Positions 25,181 to 36,747 of a stretch of 64,000 nt of DNA are shown here, piece by piece. Origin of the DNA: Pristiophorus japonicus (lineage: Eukaryota); the NCBI RefSeq assembly GCF_044704955.1, contig NC_091979.1, positions 200,446,001-200,510,000 on the forward strand. The letters run 5' to 3'. Numbering within the stretch: position 1 is the first letter of the stretch; every line of letters starts with the position of its first letter. The position numbers were made by a program, and so were the translations under genes. The notes beneath the pieces are model-generated. The model was not told the DNA's origin. It was given only the letters and a program-made list of their open reading frames with translations, and made no database searches.

Positions 25181-25306
25181 AGCCAGCACTCATTGCTAAA
25201 TCATCTATTTTGCTGGATGTGAAACCATGGGATGATGAAACTGACATGTCCAAACTGGAAGAATGTGTACGTTCAGTGTTAATGGATGGCTTAGTTTGGG
25301 GTTCCT
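25181..25306 (+). CDS. EEF1B2: EEF1B2 coding exon 5
   Basis: 126 nt; [41 protein letters not shown] (GEF domain). Confidence 0.98.
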
Positions 25307-26375
25307 GTGAGTATAATTTGATTTGCACTTCACAGCAACATTGCAAATAGACACAGTCTCTTGTGTTGCTATTGTATTATGTGAGACCTGCACTAATGTT
25401 GGCAGATTCGTGAAGCTTGGGACTTGTTGGGCCAGCTTTTGGCAAGATCCATTTTTAGTGGGTCTTTTAGGCTGCCAGTTTTGGCAAATCCAAGTATTTC
25501 TATATTTGGCTTCCAGCTGGTTGTTTGACCTGCATTATAGGTGTTGTCAGTTCCTGCACATCATAAAGTCCCCTTCTGATTGCAAGTTGAAGCTGTCCAC
25601 AAGGTTTGCACCCTTCCATTGCCAGGTCTCCTTGATTATCCTACAGTTTAAAGCAGAGACATTGACTATGCTTGGATAATGTGCAATTAGTTCCTAGCAA
25701 AATTTCATTGACATTTCTATCCATTTTGGTGGATTTTCACATGGGTGATTCTAGCTGCATGTAGATTAATACGATTTCTTTCAAACCAAGTCTTTAGGTT
25801 GGATTTTAATATTCCATATCCATGTATTATAATGGGCTTAGTTCATGTCTTTCATTACAATATAAATAGGATGGAACTTGTAAATTATGGTGAAATATCC
25901 TGGAAATAGATGCATGATTCAGGACAACTGAATTCTTCCAGCCTCATGTACAGTTTCTTGATGGACAAGTAACAAAGCTGTACACAAGCTGGAAAGCTGG
26001 CTGCCTTTCAGTATTTATGCTGAGGGCTGTCATTTGTTTAAATTCCTGAACTGCAGTTTCTGACGAGAAATAGTTGCATATGGAAATGTAGTTGATAGAC
26101 AATCCATGAACATGCAGGAAGGCAGGCTTTGTTTTCTTCTAGATTGCTCAGATTTTCTACATCTCATTGTTGCCTTGGTTTTCATAGCTGGAGGTGGGAT
26201 TGATTTTACTTCCAGATTACAAAATAAACTGACAGGAAAGGGCTAATTTTCATGCATTTGTGGTAAAACCATTGCCTTTGAGAGTTGGCTTCTCTGCTGT
26301 CAGTTGGGTTAAATCTGATATGGGAGGGTTTTTGTTTTGAATATCTTTTTCTTCAGCTTGTCTGTTTCATTACAG

Positions 26376-26443
26376 CCAAGCTAGTTCCAGTGGGCTATGG
26401 CATCAGGAAGCTACAGATTCAGTGTGTGGTTGAAGATAACAAG
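26376..26443 (+). CDS. EEF1B2: EEF1B2 coding exon 6
   Basis: 68 nt; [22 protein letters not shown]|gtaaga. Confidence 0.96.
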
Positions 26444-28128
26444 GTAAGAATGTGGTTTCAGTCACTGGTTAGTGAACGCATTTCTCCTGATAATTTCAAC
26501 TGAGTGCTACTAGTTTCTTTACCTGAAGTAGACGTAGTTTCATTACTAAAACTCTTGGCTACTGCTAATACTTGTAAGTCTGTACTAAAAATATTGTGTG
26601 CATGTATGCAATTTTTTTAAAGCTTGCTTTACTGCATTTTGCTAATGGATTGTTGGCAATTGAGAAAACACTTGGAGTGCTAAACTGATATTGCAGAAAA
26701 TATTAGGCATCTGATCAGTTTGTCATTCATCGAAGTGCCCATTATTTCTTTGAGTAGCCAAGTCTTCCAGAGGTCTTTATGGGCATTCTTAAAACCTGTT
26801 TTCCCAATTTCCCTTGGCATTACTGGCTTTCTGGATTTTCAAGCATTTAGTGGTTCAAAAAGACATTTTGTCAACTGCTCTTTTGGAATATTGAACCCGA
26901 ATCATGTATGAGTGAAGGTGGCCTATTTAAGAATGAAATGCTTCTGTAAATTCAGTTTTGGGCTGTTCCTCGGAAGCTTCAAGGCAATTGGGAGAATTAA
27001 GTGACCGTGTTTTCCTTTCAATGTGATTTTTGGAGATGGCAGTTACAGGTATTTCTGATTTGCTGCTGAATTGGGTAGGCTTGAATAAAATGTTATGTAG
27101 GCAACCTCCAAGTCGATGTTAAATTTCAGTGCTTGAGGCACCTTTCTCAAGTATTGCATGTGTAATTTATTTTTCTTTTCCCTTAAAGCCTTTTTTCAGT
27201 TTTCCTTATGTTCTGTCCAGTAAGGCAGTATATTTGGGGCTGTGTCAGATGTGGATGCTGAAATTGGTGTATGGCTTGGATCAGATTCCATAGTGCTGTT
27301 CCAACTGCTGAGATTGCACGTGCTTGTCATCAGGAACCTGTTTATAACATGGATGTAGTGCTCTATGAAGCAATATGCTCCAAAATGAAAACACCTGTTT
27401 TGGTGGTTCTAGTGCATACGTTTACTCAAAGCAAGACTTAAGCCATCAAGATGAGTTGGATATGTATGTGGTGGTGTGTAAATGGTAACATTCCCATCAA
27501 GTCTGGGAAGCTGAATCTGATGGCTGTAGCCTCCATATTGTCATACCTGTGTAATGTGCTAATTACAAATCAATGCCAGAATTGTTTGTGATTTCCCAGT
27601 GTCCTTAAGGTCTGGGGAAGAAATTGGAGGTGCAGAATTGGGAGTGGGTACATGTTTCAAAATAGATTTTTTGTTTTTTAAAAAAAGGTTCATTTATCTT
27701 CTTTTTGAAGATACATTGTGGTGCCTACAATTATCCATGAGTTGCTGCTCCTTATTGAGTTGGACTTTCTGAATTTCTTGCCTACAAATTGGTAGATAGG
27801 ATCACTTGCCTGTTGTATTTTCTAGTATGATAGTGGTGCACAAGTATGAAACTGGATTCCAAATGACACTTCGATTGTTGTCTAGAATGAAAATCAATGG
27901 GAGGGGGAAGGGTCAACAAATTGGTTAAGATGTTAAATAATATTTCCTGTTTGAATTCATTGTGAAGAATTAGCTGTTTACCACAATTCTCATCAGTGGA
28001 TAATCTAATTTTCCTATTGCTTACACAAATATTTGTTATTGCTTGTGCTCTGAATCCCAAACCTGGACATTGTGAACTCTCATTGCAGTTTACATCTTAG
28101 AATATTCTAATTGAATATTTCTTTTCAG

Positions 28129-28215
28129 GTGGGAACAGATTTGCTGGAAGAAGCTATCACTGCATTTGAAGATTACGTGCAGTCTGTTGATGTGGCAGCC
28201 TTCAACAAAGTGTAA
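28129..28215 (+). CDS. EEF1B2: EEF1B2 coding exon 7 (terminal)
   Basis: cag|[28 protein letters not shown] (TAA at 28213-28215). Confidence 0.97.
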   Translation: MGTDLLEEAITAFEDYVQSVDVAAFNKV

Positions 28216-28236
28216 AACAGCAACTAATGAACACTT

Positions 28237-28242
28237 AATAAA
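28237..28242 (+). terminator. Proximal polyadenylation signal of EEF1B2 (second AATAAA at 28607-28612)
   Basis: AATAAA just after the stop, with GT-rich sequence downstream. Confidence 0.7.
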
Positions 28243-29589
28243 ATTTGATGTGCAGAACTTGATCTGGTCATTGTCTTCTTGAGGTGGGTTTTGTGGGACT
28301 GAACTCCAGATGACCAAGGAAGCTGATCAGGAGATCAAAGAAGTCTGCTGTGGAGTTTTTTTTGCACTGATTGGGTCCTCTGGACTTTACATTTGTAGCA
28401 AAAATGTTGTTGTAAAGTTGCACATCATGTTGGGGTCTCCATTCATACTGCACAAGGTGCATGAAGGTGTGACCGTTTCCAGAATTGGTTATTTACATGG
28501 TTTGTGAAAAGAGATGGAATTGAGTGTTTTCCTTCCTGTCGAACCTCAAACTGCAGCACAATTTTGACACTGCAATTTTATTCCTATAGTGTGGTTTCAA
28601 CTGTACAATAAACAGCAGCTGTTAATTTCATTTGGAGACTTTGATCAAGTTCAGTGTGTCTGTTCTCTCATTCATGATGCACAAGATGTTCAGGGCAATC
28701 TCTGATGTGGAGATTCTTTTTAAAGCTAGAAATAGTCTCTGCCAGTAAACCAAAATGGTCTAAACTGTTGGGTTGAAAATTTGAACTGCTTATTGGTATG
28801 AAAGGCAAAGTTTTGTATGGATGTAAACTAATTCTGTGCTGTTACTACAACAGACTGATCTGGTCTGGAATAGATACTTTTCTACATCAGGAATTGAAGA
28901 TTTTTTATTGCAACTCTGATCCCTCTTCAGAATTATATCACATTTTATTAGCTTTAAATCAATGATGAAATTGGCATCAGGCAATCAGCTGTAGATGAAA
29001 TCTTTGGAATGAAGGGGGTTTCCCCAACATTTTTGTATTAAAATTAAATGTAATGGTAAACCATTAGCGAAATACGGCACTGATTTGAAGTGGGAACTTT
29101 TCAGAACTTGCATTTATATCATGCTTTTTAATATCCTTGGGATATTCCATTGCACTTTAGACTTCAAATGTAATTAATTGAGCTGAAGTCAACGGAGTGG
29201 TTTAGATTAAAGCAGCTGCTACAATATACAGAGCAAAATCCCACAGCAAGTGAGATAATTGACCAGCCAAACTGTTGGGTGTTGATTTGAGGAATACATA
29301 TCGGCCAGCACAATGAGCTTCCTGCTATTCGCATAGTGCTGTGGGGTAGCTATTCGCATAGTGCTGTGAAGTATTTTACGTCCACCTTGATTTAATGTTG
29401 CATCCGAGAGGGAACCCGGGGTTTGACTATTCTGGTAAAGTGGTGCTGTGGGTCAAGCTGATGCAGTACTGAAGTCGAATATGACAGAACTGGTTTCACT
29501 TGCAAACGTGTGGTTGCTTCTGCTCTTGGTACAGTGTGTTCCATTAACCCAAATTTTTCTGGTATATGGGATAATTTAGTTTGGGGCAA

Positions 29590-29942
29590 GTGTGCAGTTT
29601 TGCCTCCTTATCCGAGGAAAGATGTCCTTGCCTTAGGTGGTGCAACGCAGGTTCACTAGATTGATTCCTGGGATGAGAATTGTCCCACTGAGTAAATTGG
29701 GCCTATACTCGAGTTTAGAAGAATGAGGCAATCTGACGCACAAGATTCTGAGGGGTTTGATGGGATAGATGCTGAGGTTGCTTTCCCTAGTTGGAGAGTA
29801 TAACTAGGGGGCATAGTCTCAGGATAAGGGGTTGGCCACTTAAGACTGATGAGGAATTTCTTCACTCAGGCTTGTGAATCTTTGGAATCCTCTGCCCCAG
29901 GTTTGAAGGGCTGTATGGCCTACTCCTGGTCCTAATTATGTT
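29590..29942 (+). mobile_element. Degenerate CR1 3' fragment
   Basis: gtgcagtttt...ggttcactagattgattcctggg; gaggaatttcttcactcag; tggcctactcctg. Confidence 0.7.
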
Positions 29943-30532
29943 AAGTGCAGATGAATCCAAAGATAATGCATCTGGGTGGGGCCAAGTAGATTTGCCAACA
30001 TTACCATCCTGCTATTTGTTTTATGGAATTGTAGTGAAATATTGGTTGGTGTTGGAATGGTGCACGTAGCATTCTTTTGGCTGGGGCAGTTGTTGGGAAT
30101 AGTACAATCTACTTCAATGTTCCTGGACTTGGTATGGAAATGAGGAATGGCTAAGATGCTTGAGGGCTACCCATCAGCTCTGGAACTACTCACCAGCATG
30201 AGTCTTTACTTTTAGGAAAATAAGTCACATAATTGGACCATTAAAAAGCTAGCTAGTTTAACTGTCAGAATATGTTGCATTCTCCTATACTCTTGACCAG
30301 AGGTTCCCAAATGTTGCTCATTTTCCACTCATGCACATATTTGGAGATTTGTAACCCTGCTTTCTGAAAGTATTTTTGTATAGAACAAGAAATTTTATTT
30401 TCTAGGCTAGCTTATTGCTGAAGACAGAAATTAACATAAAAAGCACAGTACCACTAAATTAACTTGACCAATAAGAGTATTTGATGACTTGCTGTTTGTG
30501 AGCAGGATAAGCCTGTTAAGTTTGTGCAATAT

Positions 30533-31205
30533 GGGCCCAGAAATCCTGGTTGGCTGCTTCCCATGGGCGATCAGGTTTTAAAAAAAAACCTGAAGCTGCT
30601 GCACCCATGTGACTTCCTGGTCCTGAGTCCTCCACTGACTACGTGCATGTCAGGACGTAAGCAGGGCTGGAGCTGCAGTCACATGGCTCTGGGCAGCCAA
30701 TAGGGTAAAGTATGTTCCCATAACAGGAATTCAGTAAACTGGAGTTCCCATTATTATGAATGAGAACCCTCTCGCCCCCCCACCTCCCTTGAACGCATTA
30801 ATAAATACACTACATATTTAACATTAAATTCGTTATTTATATACTTAAACAAGTTCCTGATTTTTAAAGTTTTTTAAGTTGTGCTTTAAAATAAATTTAA
30901 TGTAGTGGGCAGGGTTTTTAAACAATTTTTATAATTTTATTTATTTTTCAAGTGTTTCAAAACTCAACACCTGTAAAAGTAGGCTATGCGCCTGCTTTTA
31001 TCAGGCACAAGAGTTTTCAGGACATTTGCTGGGAAAAATGTGGGTAAATACCGCAATCTTGCCCATGCAAATGTCCTGGCTGCCAAGAGCTTGACAGATT
31101 CGGAAAAGCTGGTTTTCATTGCATGCTCTCTGCTTTTGCAATGCCTTCCAGGGTCCGTACACACTCTGTACCGACCTGGTAGGCCCCATGATTTTGGGAG
31201 GTCAA
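30533..31205. mobile_element. MITE-like non-autonomous element
   Basis: Shares segments in reverse orientation with 10132-10792; GC-rich ends, AT-rich core. Confidence 0.6.
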
Positions 31206-31480
31206 CCACATCAATTTATGCACTGCTGACTTCCATACATGTTTTTGATGCAAGTGAAGAAAAAACACCGTGTGTACATTGAGGCAGTGGTCAAGTATTT
31301 TAAGTGTTTTGGACAATTTGCAGAGCTCTTTGAATTATGAGCCTGAACTCGAGGTACAATTTTCAGTTTCACCAGCACTATCAAATTCTTTTAGACTTGT
31401 GACAATATTGGCCCTTTGCTACAAAGTCCTGAAAATTGGCTTCAAACCCATATAAAATCCTGCAATTCATTTGCCTCTTT

Positions 31481-31895
31481 CAGGTGTCAGCCTTGGTTGT
31501 GGTTTGTCTCGCCTCAATGTTAAATGGTTGTGGGTTCAAATTCTGTTCCGGAGACTTGAGTGCAAAAACTAGGCTGACACTCCCAGTACAGTATTGAGGG
31601 AGTGCTGCACTGTCGCAGGTGCCATTTTTTTGATATGAGATGTTGAACAGGTTCAGTCCTTTCCTTGGGTGGCTATAACTGATCACTTAGCACTATTTCA
31701 AAGAGCAAAGGAGTTCTTCCCCAATGTCCTGGCCAATGTTTATTCTTCAACCAAAATCATTCGATTATCTGGTCATTATTACATGCTGTTTGTGGGACCT
31801 TGCTGTTTGCAAATTGGTTTCCTATATTCCAGCAGGGACTACTTAAAAAGGGGCGTCACGAGGTCGTGAAAGGCACTATATAAATGCAAGTTTAT
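31481..31895 (+). mobile_element. DeuSINE (SacSINE1-like)
   Basis: gggttcaaat B-box, gagggagtgctgcactgtc core, aggcactatataaatgcaag tail. Confidence 0.8.
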
Positions 31896-31959
31896 TTTTC
31901 TTTTGGGAAAATATTTTCTGAATTTTGTACAAAGCTTAAGAATTTCTCCAGAATCGCAT

Positions 31960-33070
31960 CTTTAACTTCAGCGACTGATATTTCAATGTCTGGAACAATC
32001 TTGCACCAAGTAGCTGCCAAACAGCTTTTCAGAAAAGCTCAATACTTTTTGTGCACAATGAAAATGTTGAGTTATTACTCTGCAAAGAACTAAGTTCACT
32101 GAAATTATTGTTTATGTTGGCCAAATTAGTCCAATAAATCCTGGAAGCGGTCGAGGTAGTGATGATTCAGTTGATCTGAAACTGCTCCCATGAGTTTAGA
32201 TTCTTACGGCCATCAAACTTGACATAAGATAGTTGCTGGTATTATAATCCTTTCTCTTCGCATTACAAGGTGAGTTCAGTGGTCGATCTATTAGAAAGTT
32301 CAGTTATAGCAGCAGTCAGTCTGACAGCTCTTACGGTGTTGATTTTTGCAGCAAGCGCCTCCCTGTGCGTGCAACCGTTCCACCATACACTGTATGGTGA
32401 ATACTCGCGTCAAGTCCGATACCAGTCATGACTTAATTTTTTTAACCTCGTCATGTATTGGGTGTCATTTTTAACGACTCGGCAGTAATTCTCGTTGGGA
32501 CAGAAGGGCAACGAGGAGAAAATGTTTGATCGCTGATGTATCGAACAAAAGCTATAATTTGTGCCGCATTGGCAGTCTATACTCGTTGATTTGTATTGCG
32601 AAGAAAGGACGTTTCCTTATTGCTTCAGCTAGCTGCTCCTTGATGTCTCCAGCCATATCAGCAATTCTGCAGTTTAGTTCGTGGTGTCAGAGTTTGGGAT
32701 GAGACTTCGTTGGTCAGCAGATTTCTTTTTCCATACTATTGATGCCATTTCAATTGCTGCTAGCAGTCAAAGACTTTCGTAAATAGTCAGAGACGTTCCA
32801 CTTGCTATTTGGTATGAGACAGCATCGGATGCTGTAAGTATTTTGGCAGACTTTCAATTCTCATTATCTGCCCTTTCAGTTGAGAGCTATTTGGGTGAAA
32901 AAATCTGCTGGTTTAATGAGCAAGATGTTCGGTCTCCAAAGTAGCAATTTAGTTTGCTATCCTGAGTAAGACCGTCGACAGAACCAACACATTGCGGCTA
33001 AGGATCTTTTAGAATCAGTAATTGTGAATTCTAAATCCAAGCAGGAAGCATCATGTTTACTACCTTTGTT
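31960..33070 (-). pseudogene. Fossil hAT transposase of the Charlie/Buster (ZBED8/SCAND3-like) group
   Basis: Minus-strand translation across stops and frameshifts gives KHDASCLDLEFT, PQCV, LETEH, KPADFF, VSYQIA, LAAIEMASIV, RIADMAGDIKEQLAEAIRKRPFFAIQINE, AQIIAFVRYI and CTHREALAAK. Confidence 0.85.
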
Positions 33071-33759
33071 GCCGACGATTTGTTCCTTTACAGGGATCAA
33101 CTTTACACTTCAAAAAACGCGCTCACCCTTTAGTTATAACATGTGGTATCTAGGAACACTGAGGTAGCTGAGCACACTTGTCGATGATGCTTTAGTACTA
33201 TGCATCAGTAATCGTAAAATCTGAGAGAAAAAAAACCCATGTGGTGTTCATAACGGTGAGAGGATGAGTAGTTGGGTGAACTTTGGTGCTTTGCTATTAT
33301 CTCAGCCGATCCTTATCATCTCCTTCCCTCCTCCCAAATTTTATTGTGCCTGTCCCCAGTTTGAGAACCTTTGCTCTAGTCCATTAATGTGGAGTAATTT
33401 TAAAGAATGCACTAACCTCTATCCGGACAGCTGGTCTTCAAACCATGCATGGTTTCAAATGGAGATGGCCAGATTGAATTTGTACATTACACTCAGGAAT
33501 GCTGAGGTAGATGAAACATTTTAAAATTGATCCTCCAATGCTGTTGGCAGGTGATGTTCTGACCAAGGACCCACCTGCTCTCCACTGATGCTGATTGACC
33601 TGAGTGTTTATCATTTTCAGTTTTGTTTCGGATTTCTAGCATCGGCACGCTGCGTTTTTCGTTTTTGCTTTTTAGGCAGATATTCTTGCCTGTCTTTGAA
33701 GTGTTGAGCAGAGTGGGCGTTCCTCCCTGCCTTTTAGAAACACGAACTGCTTGTGCAGG

Positions 33760-33914
33760 ATCCCTTTAATGGTGGGCGCGGCCATGCTTTGGCGTCGGCG
33801 GCCACTAAATGGTCTCTGTCCCTTTAAAAGTGGCCAGGAAGTAGAGAAGCAAGGAGTTGAACTCTGACCGTGAGAGTGGAAGCACATTAAGCGTGCTGGA
33901 AATACACGGTAAGG
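33760..33914 (+). promoter_or_regulatory. Putative CpG-island promoter and non-coding first exon of an unidentified gene
   Basis: GC/CpG-rich; CCTTTAAAAG at 33821; CAGGAAGT ETS site; donor ACG|GTAAGG at 33908/33909 followed by G-runs. Confidence 0.55.
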
Positions 33915-35215
33915 GGGAGGGGGGTTGGGGACGATATAAACCGCGCGGGGGGGTGGGTGGGTGGGAAGCGGCCGGTGGGTTGGGAGAGATGAATGTGGGC
34001 GGGAGCGCTCATTTAGTAACGCTTTGCAATGTTACTTTAATGTTGCAACTTGCATGGTGTCAGTTTCTATGTCTTCGAAACGCTGAGGGAGCAGATTAGA
34101 GTTTGTTTTGGCGAAAAAGTGCGAGCCCTACTGTGGAATCAAGTGCACTGTGCTCAACTTAATATAGATGCCCCCAAAATGAATTGAATTTATTAATATG
34201 CTTGACCTGCACACTGGATTCTGAACACCGCCCGCCCCCCCGGTCTGTAAGCTGTCAATGTCTGGGACGGAGTGGGGTGGGCGGGGGGGGGGGGGGGCGG
34301 TGGTAAAGACTGTTGCAAGTGATACTCATGGTGAGCAAGAGCATTCCCACTTACATACGCGTGTATTTTCTGAAGAGTATTTATCAAAACGGGACAATTT
34401 CTAAATTTAAAAACACAACGAGCAGTTATTGCTAAACATTTCAGTTCTGAGCCTGTTCACATGCAACACTTAAGCTCTCCTTCACAACCTGCAACTGAAT
34501 GTATTTAAAAATATATTGTTGGTAAGCCCTAAGCGACTCATTTTGTCCTTTCAAACACCTAATATATAGTCCAGATTTATCAGTCGCTCTGAAGATTGAC
34601 CAGTATTCGCAAATTTGTCAGATTAGGCTTATTTCGAATTAAAAATGATATATTTTGAATTAATCCCATTTACCTTTTTCCTTTAAAGTCATTGTTTTGA
34701 AAAACGTTTTTCTGAAAATTGTTAACATCTTTTCTTCAAACCTCTGGTTTCCTTCTGCATTAACTGGAGTGAGGGCTGCAGTAGCAAGTTAGCTTACTGT
34801 ATTTGCATTCTTGTGTTAAATTGCAGAGCCCTCCTTAATGCTGTTGAAAAGATGGCAGGGATCCAGTGACGGCTCTGGGAGTTTTGCAATGTCCGGGGTT
34901 GTCTATTAGAATTGTGCCCTTATTGATGTTGATTACATCTCCAATTTTATCCTGAAAATTCTGTTGGTGAGGATTGAAAAATTATGGTCAGGTACTGCTG
35001 ATTTAGCGTCCGGCTCAGTGGATCTTAATGTGTATGCAAATTGACAAGTAGCCCCTGCACTAATCATCACCTCTGGTCCAGTTTATAGGGGTAATCTGGT
35101 ATTGCAGAAGTTACACATTTAGCCTGGCTTTAAAATAGACCATTTTAATGCATTAGTCAGGCTCCAAGGTTTGTGATTTGTTCCATTTCCTGCATCTGAA
35201 TTGTGGGGTTGAAGA

Positions 35216-35655
35216 AAAGACTTTCATTTATATGACGCCTTTCACAATCTTGGGACGTCCCAAAGCTCTTTACAGCCAATGAAGTACTTTTGAAGTGCAG
35301 TCACTGTATTGTAATGTAGGAAATGTGGCAGCCAGTTAGCGCACAGCAAGGTCCCACAAACAGCAATCTTGCTAATGACAAGATAATCTGTTCTTGGGTG
35401 TTGGTAGAGGGATAAATATTGGCAAGCACACCGGGGAAAACTTTCCTTCTCCATTGAATAATGCCATGGGATCTTTTACATCCACCTGAGAGCAGACAGG
35501 GCTGCTTAATGTCTCATCCAAAAGATGGCACCTCTGACAGTGCAGCATTCCCTCAGTGTCGACCTGGATTATATGCTCAAATCTCTGAAATGGGACTTGA
35601 ACCCACAACCTTCTGACTCAGGTGAGAGTGCTTTCACTGAGCCATGGCTAACACA
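35216..35655 (-). mobile_element. DeuSINE (SacSINE1-like), full length
   Basis: Same consensus as 6060-6478. Confidence 0.85.
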
Positions 35656-36411
35656 TGGTCGAGACATAAGATTGTCTCAAGTCTGTGCCTTGATGCAAGT
35701 AGTGGATGCTCTACATTCTGCAATATACCGTGTCATGTATTATGTCTGGGCGATATGTTGAAAGCCATGTGGTGGGACTTGCATTCAACAAGAAGTTTGC
35801 AAGGAAGTTACAATTGGCACAAGTGTAATACCATGTCCTACATTGCAATCAGATATTCTCGCCTAACAATTGGATTTTCTTTTTGCAGTGTGTCAGCACT
35901 GGCTCAATGGCCTGCTTCTTTAACCATTCTATGCTTCTAAATTAAATTAATAGTGAATTCAGGAGAAGCTTTATCCAGTGAGTGGTTAGAATGTGGAACT
36001 CACTACCACAAGGAGTAGTTGAGGTGAATAGCATAGATTGATTTAAGCAGAAGCTATATAAGTGAGGGAGAAAGGAATAGAAGGATATACTGATGGGGTT
36101 GGGAGGAGGCTGGTGTGGAACATAGACTAGTTGGGCTGAAATGTCTTTCTGTGCTGTAGATTATATGAATATTCAATCAATTTGAGGAATGTTAGCATTG
36201 GGGAATAGCACACTGCATTTGTAGCATCTGTTATTGCCATTAAGTTCTTTCGGGTTAGATATACATAGAGCATGTTTAAATGTATAACTTGAAGTCCCTT
36301 TACTTTGCTGCAACAATGTGGCTTAGGCACTCAACAGATGCAATTTTTGTGGACACAGCTGACCCCAATTGTTTACGTATCAACAACATATTTTGATGTT
36401 GGCTATATGTA

Positions 36412-36620
36412 ACATCAACAACTTGTATTTATATAGCGCCTTTAATGTAGTGAAACGTCCCAAGGCACTTCACAGGAGTATTATGTGATTAAAAATTTGA
36501 CGGGAACGAGCTGTAAGTAGAAATTAGCACAGGTGACCAAAAGCTTGGTCAGAGGTATATTTTAAGGAGTGTCTTGAAGGAGGCGGAGAAGTTTAAGCTG
36601 GGAGTTCTAGAGCTTGGACT
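36412..36620 (-). mobile_element. L2 3' end fragment
   Basis: caacaacttgtatttatatagcgcctttaatg...ttttaaggagtgtcttgaagg. Confidence 0.7.
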
Positions 36621-36747
36621 TCAACCATTGGCTTTCCTTGGTTGTTGGATCAAAGAATGGCCTGCAGCTGCTTGCTCTCCCAATGAGCTGGAGCTAGTCT
36701 GACATTTTGGGATTGAGGAAAACATGATGAAACTTACTTTCACTTTT

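Noticed and set aside
20485-28128. SNORA41 expected from the human host gene
   Set aside because: No convincing guide pocket with H and ACA boxes was seen; a covariance-model search is needed.
28268-28507. Short ORFs downstream of the EEF1B2 stop
   Set aside because: No recognisable homology; they lie in the 3' UTR or flank.
29324-29368. 20-nt direct repeat with a 5-nt spacer
   Set aside because: Only two units, inside a decayed SINE; a local duplication, not CRISPR-like.
32100-33200. Possible endogenous viral or bacterial insert (CpG-rich, atypical composition)
   Set aside because: Minus-strand translation shows hAT-Charlie/Buster transposase motifs.
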